This document shows, in pieces, positions 58,766 to 64,000 of a stretch of 64,000 nt of DNA. Origin of the DNA: an uncultured Desulfosarcina sp. (lineage in GTDB: Bacteria; Desulfobacterota; Desulfobacteria; Desulfobacterales; Desulfosarcinaceae); NCBI GenBank assembly GCA_963674945.2, contig CAXXWQ010000003.1:160001-224000 (forward strand), given 5' to 3'. A program made the position numbers and the translations under genes. Position 1 is the stretch's first letter. Every line of letters begins with the position of its first letter. The notes beneath the pieces were generated by a model. It did no database searches. It saw only the letters and a program-made list of their open reading frames with translations, and had not been told where the DNA came from.

Positions 58766-59965
58766 ATGGACCGTGCCATCATTCACATCAACGTCGCCGA
58801 TTTCGCCGTGGCCGTGGAGCGGGTGCTGGACCGCCGCCTCGTGGACCGACCGGTGATCGTCGCCTCACGGGGAGCCGCCCGGGCCGCGGTCTACGACATG
58901 AGCGAGGAGGCCTTTCAAGCCGGCGTGAGAAAGAACATGCTCCTGGACCGGGCCCGGAGACGGTGCCGGGACGCCCGGGTGCTCACCCCCCGTCCGGATC
59001 GCTACGGCCAGGCCATGGTCCGGATGTGCAACGCCGCCCTGCCCTGCTCTCCCCTCGTGGAACCGGGAGACGGCGACGGGCACCTGTTCGTGGATGTAAC
59101 CGGCAGCAACCGTCTGCTGGGACCGCCGGTGGACGTTGCCTGGCGGCTGAGCCAACGGATTCGACAGGACCTGGGCTTTGCACCCATCTGGTCGGTGGCC
59201 ACCAGCAAATTGATCGCCAAGACCGCCACGCGCCTGGTCAAGCCCCTTGGCGAATACATCGTGGAACCCGGTGACGAGGCGGCCTTTCTGGCTCCCCTGC
59301 CCCTTTTTCTGGTGCCCGGTATCGAGCCGGCCGAACTGACACGACTAAAAGAATTCAACGTAACACGGGTGTCCCAGGCCACAATGCTGACGAATAACCA
59401 GATGCGGCTCCTCTTGGGGCCACGGGGGGCTTTTATCCACGATTGCCTTCGCGGAATCGATCCGTCACCCGTTCGCCCGGTCCATCGGCCGCCGCCGCGG
59501 ATCATCCAGCACCGGGAATTTGACACCGACACCAATGACCGCCCTCATGTGCTGGCAACCCTTTACCAATTGGTGGAGCAAGCCGGCCGTCGGTTGCGCC
59601 GGCAAGGCATGGCCGCCGGGCGAATCGCCCTGGTGGCGGAACACTCCGACGGCGTTCGAAGACCCCGCCAAGTCAAGGCGCAGCCGGCTATTGCCGACGA
59701 CACCACCCTTTTCGCCCATGCCCGTCGGGTGCTGGATCTGGCATGGACCCGGCGAACCCGAATCCGTCGCATTACCCTGACCCTCGACCGGCTGACCCGC
59801 CCACCGACCCAGCAACTCCTGTTCACCTCCGAACGCCGCCAGGCCATGCGGCAGGAACGGTTGATGGCGACCATGGATCGAATTCGCAACCGATTTGGCA
59901 ATACGGCCTTGAAAGTGGGCCGAACGATGTCCAATACAGAGGAAAAAGCAATGGTGAAATCATGA
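58766..59965 (+). CDS. Y-family polymerase homolog, probably catalytically inactive (ImuB/DinB-like)
   Basis: IIHINVADFAVAVE in place of the DMD motif, GDGHLFVD in place of SIDE, SKLIAKTA, QQLLF clamp motif, MDRIRNRFG tail. Confidence 0.85.
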   Translation: MDRAIIHINVADFAVAVERVLDRRLVDRPVIVASRGAARAAVYDMSEEAFQAGVRKNMLLDRARRRCRDARVLTPRPDRYGQAMVRMCNAALPCSPLVEPGDGDGHLFVDVTGSNRLLGPPVDVAWRLSQRIRQDLGFAPIWSVATSKLIAKTATRLVKPLGEYIVEPGDEAAFLAPLPLFLVPGIEPAELTRLKEFNVTRVSQATMLTNNQMRLLLGPRGAFIHDCLRGIDPSPVRPVHRPPPRIIQHREFDTDTNDRPHVLATLYQLVEQAGRRLRRQGMAAGRIALVAEHSDGVRRPRQVKAQPAIADDTTLFAHARRVLDLAWTRRTRIRRITLTLDRLTRPPTQQLLFTSERRQAMRQERLMATMDRIRNRFGNTALKVGRTMSNTEEKAMVKS

Positions 59966-60885
59966 ACACGGCAAGTCCCCAACACACGTATCGCCTGGGC
60001 ATCGACCTCGGCGGTACCAAGATCGAGACCATTTTGCTGGATCCCGCCGGCCATACCCTGCTGCGAGATCGCATGGCCACACCCCGCGATTCCCACGGTC
60101 CCATCGAATACGCGAACATCCGAGATGCCGTCGCCACATTGATACGGGACACACTGGAAAACGTATCCAAAAACGACACCTGTACCATCGGCGTGGGCAT
60201 CCCAGGCACCATCAACGACCGGACCGGTCGGGTCCAAAACGCCAACACCACCGGCCTCATCGGTCATCGGTTCCAAGAGGATCTGGAAAAGATCCTCCAT
60301 CGTCCCGTTGCCATGGAAAACGACGCCAACTGCTTTACCCTGGCCGAAGCCACGCAGGGTTCGGCCAAGGGGTATTATCTGGTGTTCGGCATCATCCTCG
60401 GCACCGGCTGTGGCGGCGGCATCAGCATCGGCGGCCGGATTCACACCGGCAGGCATCGCATCGGCGGTGAGTGGGGGCATTTTTCCGTGGATCCTGACGG
60501 TGCCCGTTGCTACTGCGGTAACCGGGGATGCGTGGAGACCAAGATCAGCGGTGGTGGTGTGGAGCGTTCCTTTTACGAGCGGACTGGTCGTCGGGTCTCC
60601 TTCAAGCAGATCCTCGACGGATATCACCACGGCGATTCCCTCTGCACCGCCGTTTTCGAACAATTTTTGGACGACTTCGGCCGCTGCCTGGGGGGACTGA
60701 TCTCCGTTCTGGATCCCGATGCGGTGGTGTTGGGAGGCGGGGTCTCGAACATCGACGAACTTTACACCCTCGGCATCGAACGGGTACGGCGCTACGCCTT
60801 TCACGAACGGGTGGAAACCCCCATCTTGCGACACCAGCTGGGCGACTCGGCCGGCGTCATCGGCGCCGCCTGGATCGGGAAATGA
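59962..60885 (+). CDS. ROK family sugar kinase (Mak/NagK-like, no HTH)
   Basis: GIDLGGTK, ENDANC, LGTGCGGG, GEWGH, CYCGNRGCVE, LGGGVSN; ATGA overlap with the upstream stop. Confidence 0.9.
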   Translation: MNTASPQHTYRLGIDLGGTKIETILLDPAGHTLLRDRMATPRDSHGPIEYANIRDAVATLIRDTLENVSKNDTCTIGVGIPGTINDRTGRVQNANTTGLIGHRFQEDLEKILHRPVAMENDANCFTLAEATQGSAKGYYLVFGIILGTGCGGGISIGGRIHTGRHRIGGEWGHFSVDPDGARCYCGNRGCVETKISGGGVERSFYERTGRRVSFKQILDGYHHGDSLCTAVFEQFLDDFGRCLGGLISVLDPDAVVLGGGVSNIDELYTLGIERVRRYAFHERVETPILRHQLGDSAGVIGAAWIGK

Positions 60886-60898
60886 GGATATGATGCAT

Positions 60899-60940
60899 GA
60901 ACGTCGAACATCGAACGTCCAACTTCGAACATCGAATATG
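60899..60940 (+). repeat. Heptamer tandem repeat (GAACRTC-like x6)
   Basis: gaacgtc gaacatc gaacgtc caacttc gaacatc gaatatg. Confidence 0.8.
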
Positions 60941-60977
60941 GAATATTATCAATCAGATGTTTATAAACGCATCATGA

Positions 60978-61049
60978 GTTCCCGTCCACTACAATCGATA
61001 GAATTCATTAACTTAACACTTAACGCTTAACCACTTAATACTTTGATAA
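60978..61049 (-). repeat. Right arm of a ~70 bp inverted repeat pair (partner 58359-58430)
   Basis: ctacaatcgatagaattcatt at 60989-61009 is the exact reverse complement of 58399-58419. Confidence 0.85.
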
Positions 61050-61079
61050 TATAGTTTTTTACTGTGCAACTAAACTACA

Positions 61080-64000
61080 ATGCGCAAAGCCCCCCCATTC
61101 GTCCCCCTCGCCGTAAGCTCCCACTACTCCCTCATGCGGGGCACGGACTCGCCGGCGGCCATCTGCCGGGCGGCCAAACAGATGGGATACGACCGCCTGG
61201 CCCTGACCGACACGGACAACATCTATGGTTTGTGGACGTTTCTGCATGCCTGTCGGGAGGAGGAACTCACCCCCATCGTCGGGGCGCGGATCACCGACCC
61301 GAAGAGAAAATACGATGCCGTCTGTCTCGTCAAAAATGATAGGGGATATGCCAACTTGTGCCGGTTGATCACCCGGCGGCACAGGGATCCGGCCTTCGAC
61401 CTGTCAAACACCCTACCCGGTCTGGCCGATGGCCTGCTGGTGCTCACCGCCGATGCCGGGCAGTTGAACCGATGGCGCCGTGCCGGCGTTCACACGGCGG
61501 CGGCCCTGCCCAGGCGCCCCCTATCGCCGTTTCACCCCCTGGTACAGACGGCCCGGCAGTTGAAAATCCCCCTGGTGGCCACCCCGGACAGCTTCTTTCT
61601 GGATTCGGACGGCTTCATTGTCCATCGCCTGTTGCGGGCCATCGCCGGCAACACGACCCTCTCCCGACTCGACGACCATGACACGGTCTCCCCGGACAGC
61701 AGACTGGCAACGCCCGACGAATATCGCCAACGATTCGCTCCATTTCCCGAAGCCGTGGCCAACACCTTCGCCATGGCCGACGAATTGGCCTTCACCGGAC
61801 CGGATTTCGGTCTGGTCATGCCGCCGTGGGAAGAAAAGCAGGGGTGCGACGCCGATGCCTGCCTGCGCCAGGCAGCCTATACCGGTGCACGGAAGCGATA
61901 TGGCCATGAACTGGGCGAGGCGGTGGTGCAGCGAATGGAGCATGAATTGTCCATCATCGCCCGCATGGGATTTTCCGCCTATTTTCTGGTGGTGCAACAG
62001 ATCGTTCGCAAGAGCCCGCGCACCTGCGGCCGGGGGTCGGCTGCCGCATCCCTGGTCGCCTATTGCCTGGGCATCACCAACGTCTGCCCCATCAAACACA
62101 ATCTCTATTTCGGCCGATTCCTCAACCCCGGACGAAGCGACCCGCCGGACATCGACGTGGATTTTGCCTGGGACGAGCGGGACGCGGTCATCGCCAGCGT
62201 ATTGAAACGCTTTGCCGGCCGCTGCGCCATGGTGGCCAGCCACATACTGCTCCAGCCGCGCATGGCCCTGCGGGAAACGGCCAAGGTTTTCGGCATGCCC
62301 GATGGCGAAATCGGCAAGATCACCCGGCGCCTGCCCTGGTTCTGGCGCCGGGGGGAACTGGACACGGGACTGCTGGACAGTCTGCGGCGCCGCCCGGAGA
62401 CCCGTCACCTGGATTTCGCCCATCCATGGCCCCGGATCATGGCCCTGGCACAGAAAATTATCGGCAACCCCCGCCACCTGTCCGTCCACCCCGGAGGCGT
62501 GGTGATCACCCCTTCGGCCATCGACGGATACGTTCCCCTGGAAGACGCGCCCAAGGAAGTGCCCATCATCCAATGGGACAAGGACGGAACCGAAGATGCC
62601 GGCCTGGTAAAGATCGATCTGTTGGGCAATCGCAGCATCGGGGTAATCCGGGACGCACTGGCCAACCTGCGGGCCAACGGACTTGCCATGGATGAGATCC
62701 ACTGGGAGCCCGAAGACGACCCGGAGACTCAGAAGGCCGTGGCACAGGGGCGCACCATGGGCTGTTTTTACATCGAGAGCCCTGCCATGCGGCTGCTTCA
62801 CCAGAAAGCCGGCAAGGGGGACTTCGATCACCTGATCATTCACTCTTCGATCATCCGGCCGGCGGCCAACGTCTACATCCAGGAGTACCTGCGCCGCCTC
62901 CACGGCGGTGGATGGGCCCCCATCCACCCGCTGCTGTCCGATGTCCTGGACGAAACCTTCGGCATCATGGTCTACCAGGAGGACGTCTCCCGGGCGGCCG
63001 TGGCCCTGGCCGGTTTCTCCGATGCCGAGGCCGACGGCCTGCGAAAGATCATCGCCAAGAAGGACAGAAGGCGGCAGCTGGCCGACTATCACGACCGGTT
63101 TCTGGCCGGCACGGCAGAGCGGGGCGTCTTGCCGGATCAGGCCCATGCCGTGTGGCAGATGATGACGAGCTTTTCCGGATACTCCTTTTGCAAGCCCCAC
63201 AGCGCATCCTACGCCCGGGTCTCCTTCCAGGCGGCCTATCTGAAAACCCACCATCCGGCCGAATTCATGGCCGGGGTAATCAGCAACCGGGGCGGATTCT
63301 ATTCCACCTTCGCCTATGTTTCCGAGGCGCGGCGAATGGGGCTCTCCATCGATCCGCCGGACGTGAACGCCAGTACGATCCGTTGGACGGGAAAGGGACG
63401 GCGGCTTCGGGTGGGCCTTTCGGCAGTGGGTGGACTTTCCGGCGGCACCATGGAGAAAATCATCGAGGAACGAAAAGCAGGCTTTTTTACCGGCATCAAC
63501 GATTTTTTGGATCGGGTGGGCCCTGACGAAGACGAGGCGCGCGCCCTGATCCTTTGCGGGGCGTTGGATGCCAAGGACAAACGCCGATCACGCACCCGGA
63601 TGCTGTGGACCCTGGCCCGGTGGCAGGCCGATCCGAGGCGGACCAGAAGACAGGAATCTTTGTTCGTCGACCCGCTTTTCGATACGGACGAGATGTCGTC
63701 CCCCTTTTTCCCGCCGGCCGATGCCACCGAACGCCTCCGCCGGGAGTTCTCCGTCCTGGGTTTTCTATGTGATCGACATCCCATCACCCTGTTTGCCGAG
63801 GCCATCCGATCCGGAAAGACCGTGAAGGTCCATCGCCTCTCCAACCTGGTGGGAAGGCGGGTGCGCGTCGCCGCCTGGCTGGTCACCGGAAAGACCGTTC
63901 ACACCCGAAAGGGCGACCCCATGGAATTTCTCACCTTCGAGGACGAGACCGGCATCGTGGAGACCACATTCTTTCCGGAGGCGTACCGGCGCTTTTGCCA
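61080..64000 (+). CDS. dnaE2: Error-prone DNA polymerase III alpha subunit (DnaE2-like); runs off the window end
   Basis: Manual translation: MRKAPPFVPLAVSSHYSLMRG..LALTDTDNIYG, GRGSAAASLV, PPDIDVDF, KIDLLG, YSFCKPHS, FLTFEDETG. Frame checked at several points through to 64000. Confidence 0.9.
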   Translation, partial: MRKAPPFVPLAVSSHYSLMRGTDSPAAICRAAKQMGYDRLALTDTDNIYGLWTFLHACREEELTPIVGARITDPKRKYDAVCLVKNDRGYANLCRLITRRHRDPAFDLSNTLPGLADGLLVLTADAGQLNRWRRAGVHTAAALPRRPLSPFHPLVQTARQLKIPLVATPDSFFLDSDGFIVHRLLRAIAGNTTLSRLDDHDTVSPDSRLATPDEYRQRFAPFPEAVANTFAMADELAFTGPDFGLVMPPWEEKQGCDADACLRQAAYTGARKRYGHELGEAVVQRMEHELSIIARMGFSAYFLVVQQIVRKSPRTCGRGSAAASLVAYCLGITNVCPIKHNLYFGRFLNPGRSDPPDIDVDFAWDERDAVIASVLKRFAGRCAMVASHILLQPRMALRETAKVFGMPDGEIGKITRRLPWFWRRGELDTGLLDSLRRRPETRHLDFAHPWPRIMALAQKIIGNPRHLSVHPGGVVITPSAIDGYVPLEDAPKEVPIIQWDKDGTEDAGLVKIDLLGNRSIGVIRDALANLRANGLAMDEIHWEPEDDPETQKAVAQGRTMGCFYIESPAMRLLHQKAGKGDFDHLIIHSSIIRPAANVYIQEYLRRLHGGGWAPIHPLLSDVLDETFGIMVYQEDVSRAAVALAGFSDAEADGLRKIIAKKDRRRQLADYHDRFLAGTAERGVLPDQAHAVWQMMTSFSGYSFCKPHSASYARVSFQAAYLKTHHPAEFMAGVISNRGGFYSTFAYVSEARRMGLSIDPPDVNASTIRWTGKGRRLRVGLSAVGGLSGGTMEKIIEERKAGFFTGINDFLDRVGPDEDEARALILCGALDAKDKRRSRTRMLWTLARWQADPRRTRRQESLFVDPLFDTDEMSSPFFPPADATERLRREFSVLGFLCDRHPITLFAEAIRSGKTVKVHRLSNLVGRRVRVAAWLVTGKTVHTRKGDPMEFLTFEDETGIVETTFFPEAYRRFC

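Noticed and set aside
60899..60940. CRISPR-like array
   Set aside because: 7-bp tandem units with no spacers and no cas genes
61521..63254. 577-aa minus-strand ORF, and short plus-strand ORFs suggesting a fragmented dnaE2
   Set aside because: Shadow ORFs; the dnaE2 frame from 61080 is consistent at every checked motif and is missing from the track only because it has no stop in the window

Overview
Gene-dense chromosomal window from a bacterium that is probably a Desulfobacterales-type sulfate reducer; this is inferred from gene content and repeat families, not proven. In order it holds: a partial MFS transporter and a KdnB-like oxidoreductase; a Mo/W-cofactor cluster (ModE-like regulator, FmdE, two MoeA-family genes); a trypsin-like protease with a large insertion; rsmG; a PAS-GGDEF-EAL protein; hisA; a thiolase/hydratase/HMG-CoA-lyase-like cluster; mobB; galE; a sat-cysC fusion with a degenerate sulfurylase site; an ABC exporter; an AsnB plus glutamate-cysteine-ligase-like pair; a split sigma-54 activator; NIL-ferredoxin-mnmA-mtaB; an acyltransferase-esterase fusion; stand-alone fusA; a rocD-argF-arcC-pyrB cluster with plant-like carbamoyltransferases, bracketed by inverted copies of a ~125 bp palindromic repeat; and smc-ftsY. 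It ends in a DNA-damage locus: xth-nth transcribed divergently from lexA-DUF72-imuB-like-ROK kinase-dnaE2, which runs off the window end. No rRNA, tRNA, CRISPR array or transposase was recognised. Many intergenic gaps hold hairpin or 7-bp-periodic repeats. The strongest candidates for novelty are the ImuA-less SOS mutagenesis cassette with its own LexA and candidate operator, the plant-type OTC/ATC cluster, and the AsnB-GCS2 pair. All family calls come from motif recognition by eye; no database searches were run.
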